Source: Tubulanus polymorphus
Lineage: Eukaryota > Animalia > Nemertea
Direction: 5' to 3'
DNA: 64,000 bases
Assembly (NCBI RefSeq): GCF_964204645.1
Contig: NC_134033.1
Span: forward strand, 2,624,131 to 2,688,130
Made by a program: the position numbers and the translations under genes. This document shows, in pieces, positions 10,525-23,617 of this stretch; position 1 is the stretch's first letter, and each line of letters begins with the position of its first letter. Below the pieces are notes generated by a model. The model had not been told where the DNA came from. It saw only the letters and a list, made by a program, of their open reading frames with translations, and did not search any database.

Positions 10525-12036
10525 TCAGTGGGATAAGGCGAGATGCATTCACTATCAGTGTTGAGCGGTATCGGGTTCGATTTCTGCTGCCTGCATATAG
10601 TGTGTGCGGGCTTCGAGTCCTGCTGGCTGCTTATAGAGTGTGCGGGCAACACTTTGCAGACCTTGGTCCCGTCGGGATAGAATCCCGCGGGGTTAGCCTT
10701 GGGAAAACCAGTTCAGCGCTAAGTTACAAGCTGGTTCTGCTGAGTCCTGCTGGCTGTGTACAGTGTACGGGGCCTTAATCCCATCCTGAAGGTGAAACCA
10801 TGATAAATGGATAACCCAACAGGGTTAGTATGTGGTGAAACCAAGATCCAACTCTAAAGCAAGATAAACTCTCATTACAAATAAACGATATTAATATCGC
10901 TAAAACTGTACCATTTAATCAATTCTCTTCACTTGATAATAATGTTGTTGAAGCTTTAAACAAGAAAACTAACTAACTCAGTTTATTGAAGCCTTGAACG
11001 ATAAAATGCATTGTTTTATATTGTCGAAAATGAATAACTGAACGTTTGTGTTAAAACAGGGGGATTAAACGAATATGATACCAGGACTCAACCGCATCGG
11101 CGGTGCATTTCGTATTCAGATTTCACTGATCACATTTAGGTAGTAAATTTATATCGAATATTCAATTCAATGTTGTCCTAATTGCGATCGAAATTCATCT
11201 TAAAGAGAACATAAAAATTCATCAGAAAGACAATAAGATTCGGGCCATATTAAAAAAGATACGACACTCGATATTCACTAATCTTTTTTATACATTTTTA
11301 CACTATTCGTTTTAACGCCACGTTAAAACCACCAACCTTTCGAGGAGACCAACTCAAACAAAAACAAACAAACGAAATCGACCAATCAAATAAGTTATAG
11401 GGTCAATCCGTATTTTCAGATAAAGAAAATTCTAACCTATCGTTTTTTACTGCGAATTAAGAAAATATCGTTTCAATAAAAAAAACCAGGTTAAACCCGA
11501 AAAGACCACGTTACAACGAACAACTGATCTTTCTTAAGATCTTAAAGCAGTGATTGACCCTGGAGTTCATTTAATAGGTAGATTTCACTTGATTTGTTTC
11601 GATTTGATCAGTGTCCCTTACAGACCCATCCACGACACCTGCCAGGAACGAAACAGGGGGTTCGAATTAGAAATCAGCAAAGCAATCGAAGTACAGATAT
11701 AGTTGGCGATATATATCCGATCGGTTGTCCAATTTACAGATTTTCTTTGTTTAAATCGAAGTACGTAATTGGAACTGGTTTAAACATGGCTCAAAACGAC
11801 AAAAATGTGGCGTTATGGCGGCTAGAAACTTTAAAACGGTTACTAAATCTTACATTCAACGAGCGCTCTTTCAGTTACTTTTTACTTACTTGGCCATATC
11901 TCTGTAAACTAGCCGCCAATAGATTTGTTGCGAAGTTAGACATTTTTCGCGAAATGGATCCTCGGACACATTGGTGGTTCAAAGAGTTTTCGATTGCGGG
12001 AACAAAAACTAGGGTTTCGTTCTGGACGTATTGGCC

Positions 12037-12477
12037 CGAATACGAATACGAATACGAATACGAATATTCATTACACTCCAACCATTCCCATGGTAAATGG
12101 AGGAAAAAACAGTATTTACAATTATTTACAAAAACAGTAGATAAAAGCACTTTGAAACATAACAAACGTTATTTACAACACACTATTTACACACACTACC
12201 GGAGGGATCTATATACAACCAGACCTAATTTGATAAATTTAGCAAGTTTAAAAGTTGGATTTTTTAAAACATCAAGATTCCGAAAGGTATTTGAATTTAG
12301 GTAGCTTTCACGGAATACGGTAAGTAATTTACAGTCAAAAATGAAATGTAGTTCGTCGCCTAAAACGTTACAGGTGGGACATAATCTATCGGGTCTCGGT
12401 AGATGGAGATTTGACAATTTATTTACAGGTATGAGATAAGACCCAATCCTGAACTGGAATAAACTGGTCACTAAGTC
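12037..12477 (-). mobile_element. 3' fragment of a second non-LTR retrotransposon family
   Basis: ORF 12196..12471 has the C-terminal CCHC motif FR..RLCPTC..GDELHFIFDC; (TATTCG)5 tail at 12037-12066. Confidence 0.8.
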
Positions 12478-13531
12478 GGGTCAATCCGTATTTTCAGATA
12501 AAGTAAAATCTAACCTTTCGTTTTCTACTGCGAATTAAGATCAAGAAAATATGGTTTCAACGAAAAACCAGGTAAAACCCGAAAAGACCACGTTACAACG
12601 AACAACTGATCTTTCTTAAACTCTTAAAGCAGTCATTGACCCTGAAGTTCATTTAATAGGTAGATTTCACTTGATTTGTTTCGATTTGATCAGTGTCCCT
12701 TACAGACCAAACCACCACACCTGTCGGGATCGAAACAGGGGGTTCGAATTAGAAATCAGCAATCGAAGTACAGATATAGTTGGCGATATATATCCGCTCG
12801 GTTGTCCAATTTACAGATTTTCATTGTTTAAATCGAAGTACGTAATTGGAACTGGTTTAAACATGGCTTAAAACGAGAAAAATGTGGCGTTATGGCGGCT
12901 AGAAACTTTAAAACGGTTACTGAATCTTACATTCAACGAGCACTCTTTCAGTTACTTGTTACTTTCTTGGCCTTATCTCTGTAAACTAGCTGCCAATAGA
13001 TTTGTTGCGAAGTTAGACATTTTTCGCGAAATGGATCCTCGGACACTGGTGGTTCAAAGAGTTTTCGATTGCGACAACGAGAAACTAGGGTTTCGATTTT
13101 GAAAATCGATCGGAAACCGAAGCACGGATAGCTGGATGTTTTAGCATTGGTTCTGGATATTCAAAGTTATGCCGCGGCTTTAGTAGTGAATATATATAGT
13201 TTGAGTTCATCTCATATTGTTGGATCAAACCACGAAATAGAACATGTTACATGTATATACATATTTCTGCGCGTGATTTCAAAAATAATACACGACGAGA
13301 AATATGTTCACAGTTCGTCTGTAATTTGCATGTTGCTGCATAAAGCCGACAGATTCGAAGCGCGTTCAACAACCATGTACAGAAAAAACAGGGAGTGTCA
13401 ATCTGAAGAGCTTACCAGAGGAGAGAGGCAGGCGAGATATCGTAAACTCGATGTTACATAGAACTGAATCAGTTTGTGCGAAGGGGGAAAACTTCAAGTT
13501 ATTTCTCAAACGCTGGTGAGATTAATTTACG

Positions 13532-14743
13532 ATGAGTAATCTAACCCTAACACCGCTACCCCCACCACGTCCGCTTCCGCCGCCACAGTTTATCCGGGCG
13601 TTTGCGCAATTTCTCCGTGATTACGATGTTTATAGACGCATGGATTTCGCTATCGTATTGTTCCTGTATCCGCTGGGAAGCGTGTTCAACTTTCTGACAA
13701 TCATTTTACTGATACAGTGTCGCAGATTTCAGTCGGTTCGTTACACGTTCCCCTATCTCATAACTATAGCGTTTACGGATCAACTTATCGTGTTGTTTGG
13801 TTTAAGACCATTCCCTCACACCATTATGATAATTGTTATCTTCGAATTAGGAAACTATCCGGAATGTAAGAGTCGGATGGTGTTTGAAAGTAAAGAGGCA
13901 AGTGCATTATGTCCATTGATTTACTATTACTGGTATTATTTCTATAGTGTAATAGAACGGAATATTCCGATATGTTTCATCGAGAATTTGTTCAAAAATC
14001 AAGCGATCACTGTGTCTAATTATATCATTGTTGTGATTTCTATCGAGAGATTTCTCTCCGTTCGTTTTCCTTTTTTTCACATGCAACATTTTACCGTTAC
14101 TCGACGTAGATTCGCCGTAATAATTGTAGTCGTGTTTGCTACTATTTTAAACATGGATTTACCGATATTCTATGATCGAATAGTGTTTTTAAGTGGTATC
14201 CAACAGTTCTTTTGTAGTACCCGTTATCAGGACAACAATGTCATTGTTAAAACATACAGATCTGTTGCGGTATTTATTCGTGATATAGTCCCGGCTTTCA
14301 TTGTATTAACAACATCAGTGGCAACTGCTAGAATTCGCCGGGGAGGTAAAACACGTATTGGCGCTTCAGTCGGCAACAGTCGTCATAAAACTGAAACCAG
14401 TAAAACACTTCTACTAATAGTTCTTGTTTATCTGGTACTAGTAATGCCATACGCTATATGCGACTGTACGAACAAGTTAAGTAATTTGGTGTTCTCGTTA
14501 GTGTATAGAATTAATGGCTTCAGAATCACTACACAACAAACCCCCACCATTCACTTTTATACAGTAATGCTTTGGCCATTCTTTACGCAGATATTAACGC
14601 TTCCTCGACAGTGCGTTTTCTGCGTGAATTTCTTTATATACGTAACAACGCTGAGAGTTTTCCGACACAAACTTGTCGGTTTTTTCCGCTGTAACTGTCG
14701 CCGAACTATTCCCAGTCAGTCCCGCGGTAGCTCAGTGGGATAA
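13532..14743 (+). CDS. Class A GPCR, 403 aa
   Basis: Intact paralogue with the same 7TM motifs. Confidence 0.9.
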   Translation: MSNLTLTPLPPPRPLPPPQFIRAFAQFLRDYDVYRRMDFAIVLFLYPLGSVFNFLTIILLIQCRRFQSVRYTFPYLITIAFTDQLIVLFGLRPFPHTIMIIVIFELGNYPECKSRMVFESKEASALCPLIYYYWYYFYSVIERNIPICFIENLFKNQAITVSNYIIVVISIERFLSVRFPFFHMQHFTVTRRRFAVIIVVVFATILNMDLPIFYDRIVFLSGIQQFFCSTRYQDNNVIVKTYRSVAVFIRDIVPAFIVLTTSVATARIRRGGKTRIGASVGNSRHKTETSKTLLLIVLVYLVLVMPYAICDCTNKLSNLVFSLVYRINGFRITTQQTPTIHFYTVMLWPFFTQILTLPRQCVFCVNFFIYVTTLRVFRHKLVGFFRCNCRRTIPSQSRGSSVG

Positions 14744-15820
14744 GGCGACGATTCCCTTAAAAAGTCCTAAGCTTTGTTCGTATATGGACGATTCCACACT
14801 CTGTAGGGAGGTCGAAACATTGTCTCTGTTTCATTACAAGTTAGAAGAAAGATTTCCATTTAAAAAGCGGGCGTTAAACAAAAAAATGCAGTGAAAACAA
14901 CATTTGCCGGTCAAAAATGGTTGCGCTTTAAAACAAACAGAAATCCTACTTACCAAACAATGATTATTGCCAACGACCTTCAGACTCCCGCGCGCACTTC
15001 CTTGTATGGTTTCCGGATTCAGTTGATGAGATAATCCCGAGTCTAATGTCCTCAAGTTATGGATAGAAAACGCGAGCGAACTTTAAACATGTATATTCCG
15101 ATATGTTAAATCGCTTGTCGTGTGGACTGAACACCGCGAGAACAACATTGCATAACACCGCGTCAGAATAACTATATTCGAAGTTGAGAACACTGAAATT
15201 GTACGCGTGATTTTAAGGAGTTGTTAGTTTTTTCAATCGCTCTCATGTTGAATAGTTGCAAATTTGTGAAATGAATTTCATATCCCTGAAAACTAGAGAT
15301 TAACGCGGTTTTGCATGTGACCAGTTTGAAAATAGTTTTTTAAATCGATCTCGGGACCGACGAAATAAATATGAAGAAAATCGTGACACAAATATTTTCT
15401 TAAAAGAAACGGCCCAAAAAACAGGGTCCAGTTCGACAGTCATGAGTTAGAGTTAACTCTGAGTTACATAAAGTCAGTTCATTTTCAATGAGTTAACTCT
15501 GAGCCAGGTACTGGATCAAGGACAAAAGTACCCTAACAAAAAGGCGGCTAGCAACTTGATTGAAAATGGTTACAAAAACTTATATCCAATGCGCGCTCAT
15601 TCAAATACTTACTTGGCCATCTCTATCTAAACTGTCCGTACATTTGTTGCGAGCTTCCAGTTTATCGCAAAACGTCATAAACGTTCTAGGAAGGACAGTG
15701 TTCTGTGTCGTGGTTCGTGTAGTTGAATGCAGCGGTGAAAGATATATGAGGGACTGGTACAAAGTGACCGGTCACCTGTTTATTGTAATGCGACAAACAC
15801 GACCGAGCATCTGGCGAAAC

Positions 15821-16493
15821 CAAGCCACTAAATATTTGGATGGATATATGAAAGCTGTGGGTACTGGAGTGTGTAATGGGTAGTGTAGTGTGATCTGTGT
15901 GCATTTTGGTGGCCAGCACACAGATCACATTGTTCATTGGGGTTAAGTCCAGGACTCGCGAGATTTTCAACAACATGGAAGTAACGTGTAATAAATGATG
16001 ACTTGAATTGCATGACTACCTATCACCCCTCATTATTGTTGGAAAACTAAACGTTCCGCACTGACTAAAAATTAGTAATAATAATCAATAACATTTTAGA
16101 AATGGCCAGAATTTTAACTTAGGTTCTATCTCATTTTTATTTTACAATTGCGATTGGTATAATTTTTTTTTTAAACGGCCGTTAAGGCTTCATGTTTCGT
16201 CTGCAATTCACTGCAAATAGTTACTCAACTACGCACATTTCAGTGTTTTTGGCAGCTGTACACTCAATCGGCACCGTTCGTGACTAGCTTCACTGCGGAA
16301 TTATCATTAATTAACATCGCCATATCACATCATCAACTTATATTGTGCCTTAAAAACCTAACAACCGAAATAATTGAAATACACACACGATTTCTATCAT
16401 TGAAAATTGCGAGAATGGCCGTGTTTGTGTTCTGCTGCTTCGCCTTAATCCCGAGGGTGGCGCCACCGCGCGGAGTGGGGCCGAAACGTCCAG
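15821..16493 (+). mobile_element. ~670-bp non-coding repeat present in one type B spacer
   Basis: Absent at the homologous sites 4420, 19595, 37693 and 49062; homologous to 25700..26369 (+) and 27675..28339 (-). Confidence 0.75.
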
Positions 16494-16727
16494 TGTGGCG
16501 AAAACGCGGCCGATTTTAAAAATCGCGAAAACATCTCTAAAAATTGTCAAGTCAGGTTATCGAATCAAATAAACAAAGTTCTACAAGATTATTCTCAATA
16601 TTTCTGGTATATTGATTATAAATCAATTTTCAACCACATGTGACCGTTATAACAACAGTTGGGGTAACATCAATCACGACAGATCATCCAGATGTGACAC
16701 GATGCCCCGAAGCAAACTTGACGACAA

Positions 16728-16795
16728 GCCTCCATAGGGGTTAGAGCACTGGTCTTGTAAACCAGGGGTCGAGAGTTCAAATCTCTCTGGGGGCA
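16728..16795 (+). pseudogene. tRNA-Thr(TGT) pseudogene
   Basis: 5-nt deletion in the D-arm/A-box (CCATAGGGGTTAG); remainder matches the 4657 copy. Confidence 0.85.
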
Positions 16796-17315
16796 TAGCT
16801 GCAAACATTTTTGCAAAATCGATCCTCGGAAAGAGCGATCGGAAATCGAAGCCCGTATAGTTGGATGGATTGGTTCTGCATACTCAGAATTTTGCACCAG
16901 CTTTAGTGGTGAATATATATCTACAACAACATCGTTCAGTTCCTCTCATTTCGCATCAAACCACGAAATACATGCATATTCATATATATATTACATGTAT
17001 ATACATATTTCTGCGCGTGATTTCAAAAATAAAACACGACGAGAAATATGTTCACAGTTCGTCTGTAATGTGCATGTTGCTGCATAAAGCCGACAGATTC
17101 GAAGCGCGTTCAACTATACCACGTATGGAAAAAACAGGGAGTGTCAATCTGAAGAGCATACCGTTAGTCCGACGTAAGAGAGATAGAGAGGGAGGAGAGA
17201 GATACGGAGAGGGAGGAGAGATATCGTAAACTCGATGCTACATAGAACTGAATCAGTTGATGCGATGGAGGAAAACTTCAAGTTATTTCTCAAACGCTCG
17301 TGAGATTTATATACG

Positions 17316-18638
17316 ATGAGAAACTTTACGCTACCTCCGCTACCTCTGCTACCGCTGCCACCTCCGACGCGGCCGACACCTCCGCCACGGCCGCAGTTTA
17401 TCCTGGCTTTCTTACAATTCATCCGCGAATACAAAGTTTTTATGCGCGTTGATATCGCTGAAGTATTCTTCCTGTATCCGTTGGGAAGCGCGTTCAACTT
17501 TCTGACGATCATTTTGCTGATAAAGTGTCGCAGATTTCAGTCAGTTCGTTACACGTTCCCTTATCTCATAACTCTCGCGTTTTCGGATCAACTTGTCGTG
17601 TTGTTTGGTTTAAGACAATTCGCTAACAAACTATTGATAAACATAATCAACGAATTAGGATACTATCCGGAATGTAAGATGTTTGGCGCGTTAAGAAGTA
17701 AAGAAGATATTGCACCATGTCCTTCAATTTACTATTATTGGTTCTATTTCTATAGTGTAATTGAACGGTATACTCCGGTTTGTTTCATCGAGTATTTGTT
17801 CAAAAATCAAGCGATCACTGTGTCTAATTATATCATCGTTGTGATTTCTATCGAGAGATTTGTCTCCGTTCGTTTTCCATTTTTTCACATGAAACATTTC
17901 ACCGTAACTCGACGTAGATTTGCCCTAATAATTGTAGTCGTTTTTGCAATCATTTTGAACTTGGATCAGCCGATATTTAATCGAATTAGGTTAGCAAAAA
18001 GAATTAAAGGTGGCTACTATGAGTTTTACTGTAAAAGTAATATCAACATCACTCTCATGGTTCAAACATACAGATCTGTTGCGGTATTTATTCGGGATAT
18101 AGTCCCGGTTTTGATTGTAGTTACAGCATCGGTGGCAACTGCTAGAATTCGCCGGGGAGGTAAAACACGTATTGGCGCCTCAGTCGGCAACAGTCGTCAT
18201 AAAACTGAAACCAGTAAAACACTTATTCTAATAGTTCTTGTTTATCTGGTACTAGTAATGCCATACGCTATATGTGAATGTTGGGACAAGTTGTACTATT
18301 TGGTGAACTCGTTAGTGCATAGAATTAATGGCTTCAAAGTCGATTTAAGAGAAAACCCCATCATTTTCTTCTATGTAAAGATGCTATGGGAAATATTAGC
18401 CAAGATATTAACGCTTCCTCGACAGTGCGTTTTCTGCGTGAATTTCTTTATATACGTAACAACGCTGAGAGTTTTCCGACACAAACTTGTCGGTGTTTTC
18501 CGCTGTAGTCCGCTTGTCAGTCCCAGTAGCTCAGTCAGGATAAGGCGACGATTCCCTTCAAAAATACTATGCTCTGTTTGTATAAGGACGATTCCGCCTA
18601 CTGTACGACGGTCGAAACATTGTCCCTGTTTCATATAA
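17316..18638 (+). CDS. Class A GPCR, 440 aa, extended C-tail
   Basis: Intact 7TM; an extra base at TCAGTCAGGATAA shifts the frame past the usual stop. Confidence 0.88.
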   Translation: MRNFTLPPLPLLPLPPPTRPTPPPRPQFILAFLQFIREYKVFMRVDIAEVFFLYPLGSAFNFLTIILLIKCRRFQSVRYTFPYLITLAFSDQLVVLFGLRQFANKLLINIINELGYYPECKMFGALRSKEDIAPCPSIYYYWFYFYSVIERYTPVCFIEYLFKNQAITVSNYIIVVISIERFVSVRFPFFHMKHFTVTRRRFALIIVVVFAIILNLDQPIFNRIRLAKRIKGGYYEFYCKSNINITLMVQTYRSVAVFIRDIVPVLIVVTASVATARIRRGGKTRIGASVGNSRHKTETSKTLILIVLVYLVLVMPYAICECWDKLYYLVNSLVHRINGFKVDLRENPIIFFYVKMLWEILAKILTLPRQCVFCVNFFIYVTTLRVFRHKLVGVFRCSPLVSPSSSVRIRRRFPSKILCSVCIRTIPPTVRRSKHCPCFI

Positions 18639-19840
18639 GACTGAAGAAATATTTCAATTCAAAAAAACGAGCGCCAAGTAAAAAATGCAGTGAAATTCAT
18701 CATTTGCCGATCGAAAAATTGAAACTCTACTTACCAAACAATCATTAATTGCCAACTACTTTCAGACTTCCGCGCGCACTTCCTTTTATGGTTTCCGGAT
18801 TCAGTTGATCAGATAATCCCGAGTCTAATTCCTCAAGTTATGGATTGAAACGCGAGCGAACTTCAAACAAGTATATTCCGATAAGATAAATCGTTTGTCG
18901 TGTGGACTGAAGACCGCGGGAACAACATTGAATAACACCGCGTCAAAATAACTATATTCGATGTTGTGAACACTGAAATTGTACGCGTGATTCAAGAAGT
19001 CGTCAGTTGTTTTCAATCGCTCTCTTGTCGCATAGTTGTAAATTAGTGAGATGAATTTCATATCCCTGAAGACTAGAGATTAACGCGATTTTGAATGTGA
19101 CCAGTTTGAAAATAGTTTTAAAAATCGATCTCGGGACCGATGAAACATAAAGAAACACGTGGCACAAAATATTTTCTCAAAAGAAACGGCCCAAAAAACA
19201 GGGTCCAGTTCGACAGTCATGAGTTAGAGTTAACTCTGAGTTAAATAAAGTCAGTTCATTTTCAATGAGTTAACTCTTGAGTCAGGTACTGGATCCAGGA
19301 CAAAAGTACCCAAACAAAATGGCGGCTAGTAATTGGTTACTAAAACTTACATCCAAGGCGCGGTCATTCAAATACTTTTTCCTTACTTGGCTATCTCTAT
19401 CTAAACTGTCGATGAATTTGTTGCGAAGCTTCCAGATTATCGCAAAACGTCATAAACGTTCTAGGAAGGACAGTGTTCTGTGTCGTGGTTCGTGTAGTTG
19501 AATGCAGCGGTGAAGGATATATGAGGGACTGGTACAAAGTGACCGGTCACCTGTTTATTGTAATGCGACAAACACGACCGAGCATCTGGCGAAACCCAGT
19601 GTGGCGAAAACGCGGCCGATTTTAAAATCGTGAAAACATCTTTAAATTTAAATCTTAAAATTTGTAATTCAAATTTATTTATTGACTAAAGAGAACATGT
19701 GCTACAGGATTATACACAATATATCCGGCGTATTGATAACAAATCAATTTTCGACCATGTGCGGCAACGACTGTTGGTAACGTTTATCGCAACAGATCAT
19801 TCAGATTTGACAACAAGTTTCCATTCTAAAGCGACAATAA

Positions 19841-19913
19841 GCTTCCATAGCTCAGGGGTTAGAGCACTGGTCTTGTAAACCAGGGGTCGAGAGTTCAAAT
19901 CTCTCTGGGGGCA
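19841..19913 (+). tRNA. trnT-UGU: tRNA-Thr(TGT), probably intact
   Basis: One C>T change in the acceptor stem (G-U pair) relative to the 4657 copy; T5 downstream. Confidence 0.85.
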
Positions 19914-20426
19914 TAGCTGCAAACATTTTTGCAAAATCGATCCTCGGAAAGAGCGATCAGAAATCGAAGCCCGTATAGTTGGATGGATTGGTTCTGCATA
20001 CTCAAAATTTTGCACCAGCTTAAGTGATGAATATATATCTACAACAACATCGTTCAGTTCCTCTCATTTCGCATCACACCACGAAATACATGCATATTCA
20101 TATATATATTACATGTATATACATATTTCTGCGCGTGATTTCAAAAATAAAACACGACGAGAAATATGTTCACAGTTCGTCTGTAATTTGCATGTTGCTG
20201 CATAAAGCCGACAGATTCGAAGCGCGTTCAACTATAACACGTATGGAAAAAACAGGGAGTGTCAATCTATAGAGGATACTGGCGGTCAGAAGTAAGAGAG
20301 ACGGAGAGAGGGAGAGAGATACGGAGAGGGGGGAGAGATATCGTAAACCCGATGCTACTGAACTAACTCAGTTTGCGCGAAGGAGGAAAACTTCAAGTTA
20401 TTTCTCAAACGCTCGCGAAATAACCG

Positions 20427-21613
20427 ATGAGAAATTCTACACTACCGTCGCTTCCGCCGACACAGCTTATCGATGCATTCTTTCAATTCCTCTACGAATA
20501 CAAAGTTTTTATGCGCGTCGATATCGCTGAAGTATTGTTCCTGTATCCGTTGGAAGCGTGTTCAACTTTCTGACGATCATTTTACTGATAAAGTGTCGCA
20601 GATTTCAGTCGGTTCGTTACACGTTCCCCTATCTCATAACACTAGCGTTTTCGGATCAACTTGTCGTGTTGTTTGGTTTAAGAACATTCGCGAACACCAT
20701 TGTGTCAATCCTAACCCGTGGATTAGGATACTATCCGGAATGCAAAAGTTGGACACTACTTGGGCGTCAAAAGGGCGTCGCATCATGTCCGTCGATTTAC
20801 TATTATTGGCATTATTTCTATCGTGTAATTGAACGGAATACTCCAGTTTGTTACATCGAGAATTTGTTCAATAATCAAGCGATCACTGTGTCTAATTATA
20901 TCATTGTTGTGATTTCTATCGAGAGATTTGTCTCCGTTCGTTTTCCTTTTTTTCACATGCAACATTTCACAGAATCTCGACGTAGATTCGCCATCATAAT
21001 TGTTGTCGCTTTTGCGACCGTTTTGAACTTGGATCTGCCGATACTATATCGAATTAGGTTAATAAAAAGGAATGATGGTGGCTTCTATGAGTTCTACTGT
21101 AGTTATAATGATCCTGACATTATCTTAACGGTTCAAACATACAGATCTGTTGCGGTATTTATTCGGGATATAGTCGCGGTTTTGATTGTAGTAACAACAT
21201 CAGTGGTAACAGCTAGAATTCGCCGTGGAGGTAAAACACGTATTGGCGCCTCAGTCGGCAACAGTCGTCATAAAACTGAAACCAGTAAAACACTTCTACT
21301 AATAGTTCTTGTTTATCTGGTACTAGTAATGCCATACGCTATATGTGACTGTACGGACAAGTTGAGCAGTTTGGTGTCCTTGTTAGTGCAGAGAATTAAT
21401 GGCTCCAAAACCAATCGTAGAGAAACCCCCATCATTCGATTCTTTGTTAGGATGCGGTGGAATATATTAGCCCGGATATTAACGTTTCCTCGACAGTGCG
21501 TTTTCAGCGTGAATTTCTTTATATACGTAACAACACAGAGAGTTTTCCGACGCAAACTTGTCGGTGTTTTCCGCTGCACCTGTCGGCGAACGGTTCCGAG
21601 TCAGTCCCAGTAG
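20427..21613 (+). pseudogene. GPCR with a 1-bp frameshift in TM1 (pseudogene or sequencing error)
   Basis: ATG at 20427 (MRNSTLPSLPP); TTGGAAGC at 20550 versus TTGGGAAGC/CTGGGAAGC in most paralogues; remainder open. Confidence 0.8.
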
Positions 21614-23617
21614 TCAGTGGGATAAGGCGAGATGCATTCACTATCAGTGTTGAACGGCATCGGGTTCGAGTCCTGCTGCCTGCTTATAGCGTGTGCGGGC
21701 TTCGAGTCCTGCTGGCTGCTTATAGAGTGTGCGGGCAACACTTCGCAGACCTTGGTCCCGTCGGGATATAATCTCGGGGGGGGGGGCAGTCTTGGGAAAA
21801 CCAATCTGGTGTCGAATCACAAATCCAGCTTCCCATCCTAATGTAAACGATGGTAATAATTAACCCAACAGGGTTAGTGTGGTGAAATTAAGATCCAACT
21901 GACGTAAAGCGCTGAGTTACAAGCAGGTTCTAGTCCTGCTGGCTGTGTACAGTGTGCGGGGCCTTAATCCCATCCTGAAGGTAAACCGTGTTAAATGAAC
22001 CCAACAGGGTTAGTATGTGGTGAAACCAAGATCCAACTCTAAAGCAAGACAAACTCTCATTACAAATAAACGATATTAATATCGCTAAAACTGTACCATT
22101 TAATCAATTCTCTTCACTTGATATTAATGTTGTTGAAGCTTTAAACAAGAAAACTAACTAACTCAGTTTATTGAAGCCTTGAACGATAAATTGCATTGCT
22201 TTATATTGTCGAAAATGAATAACTGAACGTTTTTGTTAAAACAGGGAGGATTAAACGAATATGATACCAGGATTCAACTGCATCTGCGGTGCATATTTCA
22301 CTGGACACATTTAGGTAGTAAATTTATATCGACAATTTAATGTTGTCCTAATTGCGATCGAAATTCATTTTAAAGAAGACATAAAAATTCATCAGATAGA
22401 AAATAAGATTCGGGCCACATTAAAAAGATATGACGCTCGATATTCATCATTCAGTTTTTTTTTTACATTTTGTACTTTTCGTTTTAACGCCACGTTACAA
22501 CCAACCTTTCGAGGAGACCAACTCAAACAAAAACAAACAAACGAAATCGACCAATCAAATAAGTTATAGGGTCAATCCGTATTTTCAGATAAAGAAAATT
22601 CTAACCTTTCGTATTTTACTGCGAATTAAGATCAAGAAAATATGGTTTCAACGAAAAACCAGGTTTAACCAGAAAAGACCACGTTAGAACGAACAACTGT
22701 TCTTTCTTTAAATCTTAAAGCAGTGATTGACCCTGAAGTTCATTTAATAGGTAGATTTCGCTTAATTTGTTTCGATTTGATCAGTGTCCCTTACAAACCC
22801 ACCCACGACACCTGTCGGGATCGAAACAGGGGCTTCGAATTAGCAATCAGCAATCGAAGTACAGATATAGTTGGCGATATATATCCGATCGGTTGTCGGA
22901 TTTACAGATTTTTTTCGTTTTAATCGGAGTACGTAATTGGAACTGGTTTAAACATGGCCCAAAACGAGAAAAACGTGGCGTTATGGCGGCTAGAAACTTT
23001 AAAACGGTTACTGAATCTTACATTCAACGCGCGCTCTTTCAGTTACTTTTTACTTACTTGGCCTTATCTCTGTAAGCTAGCAGTCAATAAATTTGTTCCG
23101 AAGTTACACATTTTTCGCGAAATGGATCCTCGGACACTGGTGGTTCAAAGAGTTTTCGATTGCGACAACAAGAAACTAGGGTTTAGAATTTGAAAATCGA
23201 TCGGAAATCGAAGCACGGATAGCTGGATGTTTTAGGATTGGTTCTGGATATTCAAAGTTATGCTGCAGCTTTTGAATATATATAGTTTAAATTCCTTTCA
23301 TATTGTTCCGTCAAACCACGAAATAGAACATGTTATATGTATATACATATTTCTGCGCGTGATTTCAAAAATAATACACGACGAGAAATATGTTCACAGT
23401 TCGTCTGTAATTTGCATGTTGCTGCATAAAGCCGACAGATTCGAAGCGCGTTCAACAACCATGTACGGAAAAAACAGGGAGTGTCAATCTAAAGAGCTTA
23501 CCGGAGGAGAGAGGCAGGAGAGATATCGTAAACTCGATGTTACATAGAACTGAATTGGTTTGTGCGAAGGAGGAAAACTTCAAGTTATTTCTCAAACGCG
23601 CCTGAGATTTAAACACG

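Noticed and set aside
11594-12304. 236-aa ORF with an EYEYEY run
   Set aside because: Chance fusion of spacer, the LINE (CGAATA)n tail and antisense LINE sequence
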